From: the human T2T-CHM13v2.0 reference genome, Homo sapiens
Assembly: GCF_009914755.1 (NCBI RefSeq)
Contig: NC_060936.1
Length of the DNA stretch: 64,000 bases
Strand: one strand, 5' to 3'
Part shown: in pieces, positions 33,076 to 48,719 of the stretch
Position numbering within the stretch: the first letter of the stretch is position 1
Layout: each line of letters opens with the position of its first letter
Translations under genes and position numbers: made by a program
Notes under the pieces: model-generated
Seen by the model: only the letters and a program-made list of their open reading frames with translations
Told to the model about the DNA's origin: nothing
Databases searched by the model: none

Positions 33076-36000
33076 GAAAATATACATGTATGTAATTTTA
33101 CATCACCTAAACCAGACTCTAATAGCTATTAAAGTTATTCATTTAATCTATTTTTTTTCTGGTTATAGAACAATAATTGGTTATACTTTTAATTCTAAGA
33201 ATATTTTTTCTTTCATAGAAAATGAGCCTTCAAATAGTTACTGAATATACTTTATATACCATATCTTTTAAACAAAATCTCATAATTTCATTGTTTTCAT
33301 TTAAATAAAAGGTGACCCTGAAACTGGATGATGCTCTTTCTCTCTTGTGTCTTTGTTCAAAACATTCATGTATATTAGTGGCCAGTAAACTTCACAACAA
33401 TCCCTTTGTAGTTTAGCCTTCTTCCAGAAAATCCTTAGTCTTATAGCCATAGGCATTCTGCTTTCTTTCATAAGGCTGCTTTCTTTGGGCACAATGGGAA
33501 ACATTCTTATCACACATCGTGTTATGAGGCTGGTGCTAGCCACATTTGAACTGAATGTTTGGTGTGTTTTACAAATATTCACTATGTCTCCAGGAAAAAC
33601 ACTGGCATGAAAAGGTATTCACTATTTTATTTGAAGAAAACAGGTTGAGCTATTGTGACATAGTTTGTGCGCTGCATCTGGTTACCTCAATTTGAGATTA
33701 ATTTAAATAAATTTAGTTGGCAGAGTGTAACTGACACTGTAAAATTTCATTTATTTTATTAATATTTTGATTTCAGTAGGTTTTCAAGGGAACAGGTGGT
33801 GTTGGGTTACAAGAATAAGTTCTTTAGTGGTGATTTCTGATATTTTGATGCGCCCATCACGTGAGCAGTGTACATGTACACTATGCCCAGTATATAGTCT
33901 TTTATCTCTCACCCTCCTCCCAACCTTTCCCCTGAGTCCCCAAAGCCAATTATATTATTTTTATGCCTTTGGATCCTCATAGCATAGATCCCACTTATGA
34001 GTGAGAATATATGATGTTTGATTTTCCATTTCTGAGTTACTTCACTTAGAATAATGGTCTCCAATACCATCCAGATTGCTGCAAATGCTATTATTTTGTT
34101 CATTTTTATGGCTGAATAGTATTCCGTGGTGTGTGTGTGTGTGTGTGTGTATTTCTTTATCCACTCATTGATTGATGGGCATTTGGGCTGGTTCCATATT
34201 TTTGCAATTGTGAATTGTGCTGCTATAAACATGAATGTGCAGGTATCTTTTTCTTATAATGACTTCTTTTCCTCTGAGTAGACACCCGGGAGTGGGATTG
34301 CTGGGTCAAATGGTAGATCTACTTTTAGTTCTTTAAGGAAGCTCCACACTATTTTCCATAGTGATTGTACTAGTTAACAGTCCCACAACAGTGTCAAAGT
34401 GTTTCCTTTTTACCATATTCACACCAAAATCCATTTTTTTAAATTATGGCCATTCTTACAGGAGTAAGGTGGTATCACATTGTGATTTGCATTTCCCTGA
34501 TAATTAGCAATTTGGGGCATTTTTCATATATTTGTTGACCATTTGTATATCTTCTTTTGAGAATTGTCTATTCATGTCCTTAGACCACTTTTTTAATGGG
34601 ATTGATTTTTTCTTGCTGATTTGCTTGAGTTTCTTGAAAATTCTGGATATTAGATATTTGTCAGATGTATAGACTGTGAAGATTTTCTCCCATTCTGTGG
34701 GTTGTCTGTTTACTCTGCTGATTATTTCTTTTGTTGTGCAGAAGCTTTTTAGTTTAATTAAGTCTCATCTATTTATCTGTTTTGTTTGTTTGTTTGTTTT
34801 GCATTTGCTTTTGGGTTCTTGGTCATGAAGTCCTTGCCTAAGCCAATGTCTAGAAGGATTTTTCCAGTGTTATCTTCTAGAAATTTTATGGTTTCAGGTC
34901 TTAGATTTAAGTCTTTAATCCCTCTTGATTTGATTGTTGTATAAAGTGAGAGATGAGGATCCAGTTTCATTCTTCTACATGTGGCTTGCCAATTATGCCA
35001 GCACCATTTGTTGAATAGGGTGGCCTTTCCCCGCTTTATGTTTTTGTTTGCTTTTTCAAAGATCGGTTGATTGTAAGTGTTTGGCTTTACTGCTGGATTA
35101 TCTATTCTGTTCCATTGGTCTATATGTCTGATTTTATAACAGTACCATGATGTTTTGGTGTCTATGGTCTTACATTATAGTTTGAAGTGGGTAATGTAAT
35201 GCCTCCAGGTTTGTTCTTTTTGCTAGGCTGGGTTTGGCTATGCGGGCTCTTTGTTGGTTTTGTATGAATTTTAGGATTTTTTTTCCAGTTTTGTGGAGAA
35301 TGATGGTGGTATTTTGATGGGAATTAGGTTGAATTTTTAGATTGCTTTTGGCAGTACAGTCATTTTCACAATATTGATTCTACCCATTCATGAGCATGGG
35401 ATATATTTCCATTTGTTTGTTTGAAATAAATCATCTATGATTTATTTCAGCTGCGTTTTGTAGTTTTCCTTGTAGAGGTCTTTCACCCCCTTGGTGAAGT
35501 ATATTCCTAAATATTTTATTTTTTGCAGCTGTGGTAAAAGGGGTTGAGTTCTTGATTTGATCCTCAGTTTGCTTGCTGTCAGTGTAGAGCCAGGCTACTA
35601 ACTTGTGTACATTAATTTTGTATTCTGAAACTTTACTGAGTACATGTACCAGTTCTACATTTGAATAATTCTTTATGGTTTTCTATGTATACAATAATGT
35701 CCTCAGCAGAAAAAGACAGTTTGACTTCCTCTCTGCAAATTTGGATGCCCTTTACTTCTTTATCTTGTCTGATTTCTCTGGCTTGGACTTCCAGTACTAT
35801 GTTGAATAGAAGTTGTAGGAGTGGGCTTCCTTGTCTTGTTCCAGTTCTCAGAAGGAATGCTTTTAGTTTTTCCCTGTTCAGTATATTGTAGGCTGTGGGT
35901 TTGTAATAGATGACTTTTATTACATTAAGGTGATGTCTCCTCTATGCCAATTTTGCTGACAGTTATAATCATAAAGGGATGGTGGATTTTGTCAAATGCT

Positions 36001-36238
36001 TTCTCTGCATCAATTGAGATGATCATGTGATTTTTGTTTTTAATTCTGTTTATGTGGTGTATCGTATTTATTGACTTGTGGATGTTAAGCCATCTCTGCA
36101 TCTTTAGTATGAAACTCATTTGATCATGGTGGATTACTTTTTTGATATGCTGTTGGGATCAGTTACCTAGTATTTTGTTGAGGATTTTTAATTTTTATTT
36201 TTATTATGTTCATCAGGGTTATTGTTCTGTAGTTTGCT

Positions 36239-36547
36239 CTTTTTTTTTATTTTTTATTTTTTTTGAGATGGAGTTTTGCCTTTGCCACCCAGGCTGGAAT
36301 GCAGTGGTGCGATCTCGGCTCACTGCAACCTCTAACTCTTGGATTCAGGCGATTTTCCTGCGTCAACCTCCTGAGTAACTGGAATTACAGATGCCTGCCA
36401 CCATGCCCAGCTAAATTTTGTATTTTCAATAGAGACAGCGTTTCACCATGTTGACCAGACTGGTCTCAAACTCCTGACCTCAGGTGATCCACCCGCTTCA
36501 GCCTCCCAAAGTGCTGGGATTACAGGCTTGAGTCACCACACCCGGCC
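36239..36547 (-). mobile_element. Alu (AluSq-like) nested in the L1PB ORF2
   Basis: Full dimer; TSD TAGTTTGCT at 36230-36238 and 36548-36556. Confidence 0.95.
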
Positions 36548-39500
36548 TAGTTTGCTTTTTTTGTTATGTCCTTTCATGGTTTTTAGTATTAGGGTAATGC
36601 CAGCTTCACAGAATGTTTTAGGGAGGACTTCCTTCTTCTTTCTCTTTTTGAATAGTTTCAATAGGATTGATACCAATTCTTCTTTCAATGTCTCATAAAA
36701 TTCAGCTGTGAATCCTCTGGCCCTGGACTTTTTTGGGGGTAACTTTTTAATTACCATTTCAATCTCACTGCTTGTTATTGGTCTGTTCAGAGTTTCTATT
36801 TCTTTCTGGTTTAATCTATGAGGTTTGTGTATTTACATCAATTTAACCATCTCCTTCAGGTTTTCTAGTTTATACGCATAAAGGTGTTCATAGCTGTCTT
36901 GAAAGTTCTTTTGTATTTCTGTGATATCAGTTGTAATATCTCCCATTTCATTTCTAGTTGAGCTTTTTTGGATCTTCTCTCTTCTTTTCTTGGTTAATCT
37001 CGGTAATGGTCTATACATTTTATTTATCTTTTCAAAGAAACAGCTTTATGTTTCATTTATCTTTTGTATTTTTATTTGTTTCAACTTTAGTTCTTCTCTG
37101 ATCTTGGTTGTTTCCTTTCTTCTGTTGTGTTTGGGTTTGGTTTATTCTTGTTTCTATAACTCCTTGAGGTGAGACCTTAGATTGTCTATTTGTGCTCTTT
37201 CAGACTTTTTAATGCAGGTGTTTAAGGCTATTAACTTTCCTCTTAGCACAACCCTGGCTGTATCCCAGAGGTGTTGATAGGTTTTGTCACTATTATCATA
37301 CAGTTCAAAGAATTTTTAAATTTCCCTATTGATTTTATTGTTGACTCAATAATCATTCAGGAGCAGGTTATTTAATTTCCATGTATTTGCATAGTTTAGA
37401 AGGTTTCTTTTGAAACTGATTTCCAATTTTATCTCACTGTGGTCTGAGAGAGTACTTGCTATGATTTCAATTTTCTTAAATTTGTTGAGACTTGTTTTGT
37501 GGACTGTCATATGGTCTATCTTGGAGACTGTTTTACGTGTTGATGAATATAATGTATATTCTGCAGCTGTTGAGTAGAAAGTTATGTAAATATCTGTTAA
37601 GTCCATTTGTTCTGGGGTATAGTTTAAGTCCATTGTTTATTTGTTGACTTTCTGTCTTGATTACCTGTGTAGTGCTGTCAGTGAAGTACTGAAGTCCCCA
37701 ACCATTATTTTGTTGCTATCTATCTCATTTATTAGGTCTAGTAGTAATTGTTTTATTAATTTGGGAGCTCCAGTGTTAGGTGCATATGTATTTAGGATTA
37801 TGATATATTTCTGTTTGACTAGTCCTTTTATTATTATATAATATCCCTCTTCGTATTTTTTAACAGCTGTTGCTTTAAGGTTTGTTTTGTCTAATATAAG
37901 AATAGCTAATCCTTCTTGCTTTTGATGTCCATTAGCATGGATTGTATTTTTTTTTTTCATCCCTTTACCTTAAGTTTATGTGATACCTTATGGGTCAGGT
38001 GAGTCTCTTGAAGACAGCTGATACTTGGTTGGTGAATTATTATCCATGTTGCTATTCTGTATCTTTTAAGTGGAGCATTTAGACCATTTATATTAAATGT
38101 TAGTATTTAGATGTGAGGTAGTATTCATCATGGTATTTGTTCTCTGAATACTTTGGTGTGTGTTTTTTTTTTCATTGTGCGATTTTTTAGGTCCTGTGAG
38201 ATTTGTGCTTTAAGGAGATTCTCTTTTGGTGTATTTCAATAATTTGTTTCAAGATTTAGAGGTCCTTTTAGCAGTTTTTGTAGTAGTGGCTTGGTAGTGG
38301 TAAATTCTCTCAGCATTTGTTTGTCTGAAAAAGACTGTACCTTTTCTTCATTTATGAAGCTTAGTTTTGCTAGATACAAAATTCTTGGCTCTTTATTATT
38401 TCGTTTGAAGAGCGTGAAGATAGGACTGCCATCCCTTCTAGCTTGTAGGGTTTCTGCTGAGAAAAATTCTGTTAATCTGATAGATTTTTCTTTATAGGTT
38501 ACCTGTTGCTTTTGCCTCACAGCTCTTAAGATTCTTTCCTTCATCTTGACTTAGATAACCTGATGACTACATTCCTAGGCGATGATCTTTTTGCTATGAA
38601 TTTCCCATGTGTTCTTTGAGCATCTTGTATTTGAATGTATAGATCTCTAGCAAGGCCAGCGAGGTATTATTTGATTATTCCCTCAATTATGTTGTCCAAA
38701 CTTTTAGATTTATCATCTTCCTTGGGGACACCAATTATTCTTAGGTTTCATCGTTTAACATAATCCCAAACTTCTTGGAGGCTTTGTCAATTTTTAAAAA
38801 ATTCCTTTTCTTTGTCTTTGTTGGATTTGGTTAATCTTAAAGCCTTGTCTTTGACCTCTGAAGTTCTTTCTTGTACTTGTTCAGTTCTATGGCTGAGACT
38901 TTCCAATGCACTTTGCATTTCCCTAAGTGTGTCCTTCATTTCCAGAAGTTGTGGTTGTTTTTTATTTATGCTATTTATTTCACTGGAGATTTTTCCATTC
39001 ATTTCCTGTATCTCTCTTTTTTTAAAATTTTTATTTCTTTAAGCTGGACTTTACCTTTTGTGGTGCCTCCTTGATTGGCTAATAGTTGACCTTCTGAATT
39101 CTTTTTCTGGCAATTCAGAGATTTCATCTTGGTTTGGATCCATTGCTTCTAAGCTAGTATGATTTTGGGGAGCTGTTAAAGAATCTTGTTTTGTCATATT
39201 AACAGAATTGTTTTTCTGGTTACTTCTCATTTGGGTAGACTAAGTCAGAGGGAAGACCTGGGACTTAACAGCTGCTGTTCAGATTCTTTTGTCCCATGGG
39301 GTGCTCCCTTGATGTGCTGATGTCCCCTTTCCCCTAGGGACGGGGCTTCCTAAAAGCTGAACTGCAATGATGTTTATTTCTTTTCTGGATCTAGCCATGC
39401 AGCAGAGCTACTAGGCTCCAGGCTGGTACTGAGGAGTGTCTGCCAAGAGTCCTGTGATGTAATTCATCTTCAGGTCTTTCAGCCATGGATACCAGCACCT

Positions 39501-40261
39501 GCTCCAGTGCAGGTAGCAGGGGAGCGAAGTGGAGTCTTTGAGGGTCCTTGGATGTAATTTGGTTGTGTGCTGGTTGGCCTCCAGCCAAAAGGTGGCTCTT
39601 TCAAGAGCATAATAGCTGCGGTTGTATGGAGAGGATTCAAGCTTGCCCTAGGTTCAGGCAATGGGCGGGGCCATAGAGCTCCCAAGGGATTATGTCCTTT
39701 GTCTTTAGCTACCAGGGCAGGTAGAAAAAGATCATCAGGTGGGGAGAGGGTTAGGCATGTCTGAGTTCAGACTCTTCTTGGGCAGGGCTTGCTGAAACTG
39801 CCATGGGGGATGGAGGTGTGGTTTTCAGACACATGGAGCTGTTTCCAGGGGGATTATTGCTGCCTCTGCTGCATCACTTAGGTCAATAGTGAAGTAGGGG
39901 AAAGCCAGCAGCCACAGGCCTCACCCAGCTCCCATGCAGCCTGCAGCCGGCAAGGCCAGTCTCACTTCCACTGTGCCTTCCACCAACAACACCTAGTTTA
40001 TTTCCAGGCAGCCAGTGAGCAGGGCTGAGAACTTGCTTCAAACTACAAGCCTCCCACCTGAGAAAGCAAGCTGTCTCACAGTTCCTGGGCTATCCCACGA
40101 AGCCCGCAGTGGCAATCCACCTCCTCCAAAGGGTCTGCGTATGCTCTCAGCTTTCCTGATATGTTCCTGTGGTAGTTCTTGCAGCAAAAGTTCACGATGT
40201 GAGTTTCCACAGGCTGCTCTGTGTATCCGAGTGGGAGCTGCAAGTTAGCCCTGCCTCCTAT

Positions 40262-40271
40262 CCGCCATTTT
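40262..40271 (-). promoter_or_regulatory. YY1-type motif at the L1PB 5' end
   Basis: AAAATGGCGG on the minus strand a few bases inside the element start, where L1 5' UTRs carry their YY1 site. Confidence 0.6.
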
Positions 40272-40514
40272 CCCCAATAATAAAGATTTTATTTATAATA
40301 CCTGAGATTCCAATATTGCTTTTATTTTGAGGAAATCAAGATGTTTTATATTTTCAGATTTCTCAAAATTGTTTGAGATTTTTAAATACTACAGTAGACA
40401 GGTAAAGAAACTTAAGTTGAGATAAGTTAATTGAGTCCTCTATTAGTAAAAACAATTAAATAATTAAATTATTTAATAATTATTTTATTATTAAATAATT
40501 ATTTTAAAATCCTG

Positions 40515-40650
40515 TTATTAACTCAACAAAATTTTATCAAGCACCTATTATGTGCTAGGCAATTTTCTAAGTGTGGGAAAAAATGGTTAAATACCTTGAC
40601 AAAATTCTCTACCTTAAATGGATTGTAGATTCTAAATGAACAGAAAAAAT
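40515..40650 (-). mobile_element. L2 3' end
   Basis: CTCAACAAAATTTTATCAAGCACCTATTATGTGCTAGGC is an antisense L2 terminus. Confidence 0.65.
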
Positions 40651-43417
40651 AAATAAATAATTCATTTGATTTCATTATTTCTAGAGTTCTCTGTTTATTG
40701 ACTTTCCTCCAAAAAATTAATTATTCTTTTATTTTGAGTCTTCAAAATTATTAACCAAACATGCTCAAATAAATAAGTTACACAGAAAAATTAATGGTGA
40801 AAACCATGACCCATGGAATCAATACAATTATTGATATCCACACTTTAAATTTAATAAGAGCGAATGATGTTCTTGCACTTTAGATACATTTTCTATAACC
40901 CTATTTCAATAAGAGATTGATCACTCTATAAAATTATAGCAGAAAATACAGACTTCTCCGTTAATTCAATAACATTATTTTTGTTTCACCCATATGCTCT
41001 GATTCACTTTATATCCTAGACTACATATCTTAATTATTGAGCTCAAAATAAATATTTTTCAATTGCATGAAGAGAAGTATAAGATTGAAATTATGTTTAA
41101 ACTGGACAAACTTAGTACAGCATCTGGATATTCTTTTTACACATGGCTTGTAGAATATTCTATGATTAATCAAATAAGAATTCTTCCAATTTGAATTTGT
41201 ATAGTGGAAATTAAACTGAAATTTAGAAGACTTAAGGTAAAACATAAAACTTGAGGAACAACTCATATTATACTGGCCTTGGCTTTTGTTCTGTTACATA
41301 AAGTCATTGGTTTAGATAATATGTAAAATGTTTTTGAGACTCAAACCCCTCAAGCTATTCTGGTGAAGTCTAAATCTAGGCATTCTGTATAGGAGTACCA
41401 TAAGTTTGACAGCATAATCTTGAAATCCACAAAATAATCTCATGCTAAATTTTAAAACCAGCTTCTTTAAGAGATATACAGAAGCAGAAATCAAGGGGTT
41501 TGGAAGAAGACTTGCTTGGGTAGAGGGATTACAAAAGAATCCAGAGACAGCAGAGAACAGAACTACAGAACTACTATTGAGTTAATCTGCAACTTCAGGA
41601 TTAATGAATGCCAAAGTTCTGAAATCTCATAGAAGGTCCACTGTATCTTTCTGCAGATGTTTACCAATCAAAATTTTATCTTCATTCTGAGGCAAAGCTA
41701 TGATTTGTTCTGGTTCTCATTGGTTTCCAATGTCCAATATCTCACACTGTCATTGGACAGCAAGCCTGGTTATTGAAGCAGTATTTTCAAGTGAGATGTA
41801 TTCAGGAGAAAGTTGTTTTGTGCTTATAATTTTAGGTATCTATTATGAAGTTGTCTTTATGATAGTTTTATTTGTCAACAGGATCTGATAATTCAAAATA
41901 CACTGAAAAATATCAAAAACTAAGACCAATGAGTGGATATTCAAATCCAGATTATATGCTATATGTACAACCATGAAGTACACATAATAATCATTTTTTA
42001 AAAAGAAAAAAAATTTATTTGGAAACAAAAGATGCTGTTTAGTGCAAAATAAGTATATAAAATTTTGGACTTTTGTACAGAAGTCATATTTTTTGTTTAC
42101 TGTCAGAAAAAATTTTTACAGATTTTGGAATCGTTCAAAGAAGTATTTGGTGCATTTTGTTTGAAAACTAACTGCTTTCAAGGGTACCTAGAAACAGTCT
42201 GGGTTATGTGCACCTTTCATTGTCTTTGATCTACTTTACAACCCTGTAACTTTGTGAAAAATTGAAAATAATGTTACGTCTACAGAAAAGCAAATTAGTT
42301 GTGTCCAATCTAATACTTATTGCCCTGTGAACATGTTTGTACCTATGTACATGTTCATGTCAATATTTCTTTTCTGCCAACATACGTGTGATATTTTAAT
42401 TTTCCTTTGGCCAGTTGTAATATATAATAGCATATGGATTGCCTCCATAATGAGTTAAATAATATATTTTACAGTGTTTATTGTACGTTGTTATTACTCT
42501 TTTTTTTTAGCATTTTGCCATTTTTATCTTTAGCAGTATTCAAGCATTTGTCTTTACAAAAGTCAGATCAGTTACTATAATAAACATTATTTGGTTTCTC
42601 CTTCATTTAAAAAAAAATTGAAGGTTCAGAAAAGTACTAATCACATGATGACATGTCACATATATGTCGATTTGCTTTGTGAATGTAATAGTTTACACAC
42701 ACATAAATACTTCATATTTCAGGTATGGCTTATATGACTTACATACATTCTACAAAATACTTTAAAAGCAATTGTGTCTGATGGACCTCAGGCAAGACAC
42801 AGTTATTATTAGACACTTACTTTATCTAAAAAATCTAAAAAATCAAATCTAAAAATATTTTAGATATTTTTGCTTGTAACTTTAATAATTAAAACAATGG
42901 AGAACAGATTTTCAAAAAAATAAAGATCGTTCTCTTTGTATTTTGGGTGAGAATACGGTCTTCAATTGTTGATATGCATCCCACTGCTAGCTGCCTGACT
43001 TTCAGTTATGATGTGACATGCCTAAATAAAAATTCACTGACTTTATGCCTGAAACTAATTTACTTATATTTACTAGAAAGGCTGCTCTCAATTCCTATAG
43101 GTGTTCTTGTTCAAAATCAATATGCAAGGCATAACAGAAAAGAAGAACTCAAATTGACTTTATTAGCTTCAGTCTATCCACAAACATATAAACAAGGCAA
43201 ATTCTCTTTTAAATTATTGATAACCTCCTTTAGCCTCTACTAATTCTTTTCAATGGAGAAGTAAACATTCATGTAAAAGACTATAAAAATGGTTAATGAA
43301 GTCAGAACCACTGACCTGGTAGCTACTTTCCCTATGTAAGACTAAATTATGCACAATTTATAACTGAGTTTATTGTATTTCCTTATTTCACAAATAGGCA
43401 TTAAAATATGTTTTAAT

Positions 43418-43740
43418 GGCTGGGCAAAGTGGCTCACGCCTGTAATCCCAGCACTTTGGGAGGCCAAGGTGGGTGGATCACGAGGTCAGGAGATCAAGAC
43501 CATCCTGGCTAACACGGTGAAACCCCTTCTCTATTAAAAAATACATACATATATATATATTAGCTGGGTGTGGTGGCACATGCCTGTAATCTCAGCTACT
43601 CAGGAGGCTGAGACAGGAGAATCGCTTGAACTCAGGAGGCAGAGGTTGCAGTGAGCTGAGATTGCGAGATGGTGCCACTGCACTCCAGCCTGGGCGACAG
43701 ACCGAGACTGTCTCAAAAAAATAAAAAAGGAAAAAATGAT
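43418..43740 (+). mobile_element. Alu (AluSc8-like)
   Basis: Left arm CACGAGGTCAGGAGATC and TGGCTAACACGG with an S-type right arm; TSD AATATGTTTTAA at 43405-43416 and 43741-43752. Confidence 0.95.
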
Positions 43741-45103
43741 AATATGTTTTAACAATTTAGATTTACTAGGTAACTTTGTTATTTTGTTTTGTTTTTCTGT
43801 ATTTGCATGTGGAAACAATGTATGATAATTTTTTAATATCCATTATAACCTCATAAAATATTTTTATAATTAGGAGACTTTAATTCATTAGTAGTAGATA
43901 TGCATTTTTGTATGTCTAATCACAGGAAAAAGTTTTTAAACAGAGTCATTCCTTACAGTGTAATAGAATAAACATGCATTTCCATTTTTTGTTCTTTACA
44001 CAGAAATAATCTCTGAGCTTCAAAACTGTCAAGGAAAAATTAAAAAGTTTCACTGCTTCATATTGGCTGAAAACATGGAGATTAACTTTTGTTTCTTTGC
44101 TTCTTATGGCTTAGAGAAAGTAATACATACATGTAAAAATTAACATCTATGGTTATGTTGTACTTTGAGAAGAGATACTTTAGGAGGATTTAAAGTTAAT
44201 GATATGGACGTGTAACAGAATATGAATGTCCTAATATGAAAATTTAACAAGTATATTTCTTTCTTCTCCTTGCATTGTTAAAATCGAATGCAAAATTTTC
44301 TCCATACTCCTAGGAGATTGGAAAATTAAGGCTTCCACAATCTCTAGTTTTTCAGTTGTATGTAATAAATTTATCTATTATTGGAATTTTGTGCCAACTC
44401 TGGGGAGAAGTGAGGCAGCTAGTGACCTAGGATTAGCTAGATAAATGGTTTTGCCAAAAGACCACTGTAAGAAAAATGTAAAAACCAGAAGCTTAAAGTT
44501 TCTGTGAAAAACAGAAGACATTATCACTGACTATGAACAAAGCTATGAAATTGCCACTGACTGCCTAGCTGCCATGGATATAAACACTACATGATCTGTA
44601 TCCAGGACTAAACCAATCCAGCCACCCAGTGGTATATGAAAAGGACATTCATCATTCATCAACTACCACCTCCAGTTTTCTGGGAAGAATAACTCTTATC
44701 TATACTGCAAACCTTTTCTGGTTGTAGTTTTATTTGGAGAACTACCTATATGATGACTGGGAATGTTCATAAGCCATCCTCCCATTCTCCTCTCCCTCAG
44801 AGAAAAATGATAGTCCACAAATACCAGTTGAATAAGTAGAGAAGCCACTTAGGAAAATACCCAAATAATTTTGAGATTCCCTAAATTAAAAGACAGTTAT
44901 TGGTGACACCCAGTTAAAAATGGAATATATAGAATACATAAAATATATCTGTGAATATTCATAGTCTTGGTGAATTACTGTCTTCTGTTTCACAGTATCT
45001 GAAGAAACTCTATGAAAACTAAAGATAATACACAAATAAAATATATGCAAACACACTATAGTTACATTTGCTTGGTATTTGGGGGTGACTTTTAGTTCCA
45101 CTA

Positions 45104-45516
<413 letters not shown>

Positions 45517-45659
45517 TCAGTGAAAGGAATTTTAGTCACTTATTTTCTTCTTATTTATTTCTTTTCAAGAGAACAGTAAGTAATTAGGAAAGACATTACA
45601 TTAATTCAGCTACATAATCAGGGTTTTATGTCTCTAAGCTAGAAACATATTTCAACGTG

Positions 45660-46670
45660 TGTTTTTTTTAAACAGGTCTATTGAGATATAATCAATGTAT
45701 GAAGAGCTTCACATTTTTAATGTGTACAATTTGATGTTTGGATATATGCAAATACCTATGATACCATCACTACAATCAAACATGTAGTACATCCAACACC
45801 TCCAAAAGCTTCTTTGTATTCTTCTGTTTTTTATTTCTTTGTTTTGGTGTTGAGAACTGTTAACACAAAACATATCCTCTTAAAAAATTCTGAAGTGCAC
45901 AATATTGTATTTTTAAAATAGGTACTATGTTGTACAGATCTCTAGAACCTATTCATTATGGATTACTGAAGCTTTATACCTATTAAACAGCAACCTCCCA
46001 ATTCATCCACTCTTCCATCTCAGACAACCACTATTGTACTCTCTGGTTCTATTAGTCTGAAAATTATTCATACTTCATATAGATGGAATAATATGTATTT
46101 GTTCTTCTATAACTGGCTAACTTCACTTAGCAGATATTTCTCCAAACAAGACGTACAAGTGGCCCACAGGTATATGAAAAGATGCTCAACTTCATTAGTA
46201 ACAGGGAAATACAGATCAATAATAAAACGAGACATAATCTCAAACCTATTCAGACAGCTATTATCAATTTAAAAATAGATAAGTGTTGGCAAGGTTATGT
46301 ACAAACTGGAATCTTATGTACTGTTGGTAGGAATGGAAAAAGGTGCAGCTGCTGTGGAAAACAGTATAAAGATTTCTCAAAAAATTAAAAATAGAACTAC
46401 CATGTGATTCAGTAGGTCTCATTTCTTGGTATGTTTAATTGGATGGAAGTCAAAATTCCATGTTTATATCAGCATTATTCACGATAGCCAAGAAAAGAAA
46501 ACAACTCAAGTGCCCATTCATGGAAGAATGGATAAATAAAAGTTGCTATATTCATACAATTGAATATTATTAAGCCTAAAACACAAACACACACACACAC
46601 ACATGAGAAAATCTTGCTATTGACATGGGGGAAACTGCATGGTGTTATCTTAAGTAAAATTAGCCAATAT
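45660..46670 (-). mobile_element. Old L1 (approx. L1MA10/MB1) with a 5' inversion
   Basis: 45660-46132 is the antisense 3' end; 46133-46670 is a sense-oriented upstream segment that ends where the antisense part begins. Confidence 0.7.
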
Positions 46671-47048
46671 GTTTTTTGTGTTATCTGATTTATGATTTGT
46701 TTAAATAATTGTGTGCTCTTCTTTTTTTCCTTCCACAATGTATTAGGTACTCCTTTATTTTAGTAAAATTAAGATATATAATGACATATTTAAAACTACA
46801 ATGTGATGTTTTATATATGTATACATTGTGGAAATGTGTACCACAATTGAGCTAATTAGCATGTATGTTACTCACATAGTTACCTTTTTTGGAGAGGGAA
46901 CAGGTGAGAATACGTAAGATCTACAGTGTTAGCAAACTTCAATTGTAAAATAAATTATTGTTAACTATAGTCGCCATGCTGCACCTTAGGTCTTCAGAAC
47001 ATATTCATCTTATAAACGCAAATCTGTACCCTTTGACCAACTTCTCTT

Positions 47049-48644
<1,596 letters not shown>

Positions 48645-48719
48645 TGAGTTTGACTTTTTAAATATTCTCTATATAAGTAATATGTAGTATTTGTTTTACT
48701 GTATTACTGTACTTGATTT

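Larger units (their letters stand above)
33750..40275 (-). mobile_element. Near full-length L1PB (approx. PB1), ORFs inactivated
   Basis: L1PB-type 3' UTR (GGGAACAGGTGGTGTTGGGTTACAAGAATAAGTTCTTTAGTGGTGATTTC); ORF2 RT and EN fragments (37346-37960, YAPN and GDF motifs); ORF1 fragments (38236-39002); GC-richer 5' UTR ending CCGCCATTTTCCCC. Confidence 0.93.

Noticed and set aside
33301-33582. 93-aa ORF in the unique spacer between two L1s
   Set aside because: No recognisable domain, non-ATG start and no convincing splice sites; the length is compatible with chance.
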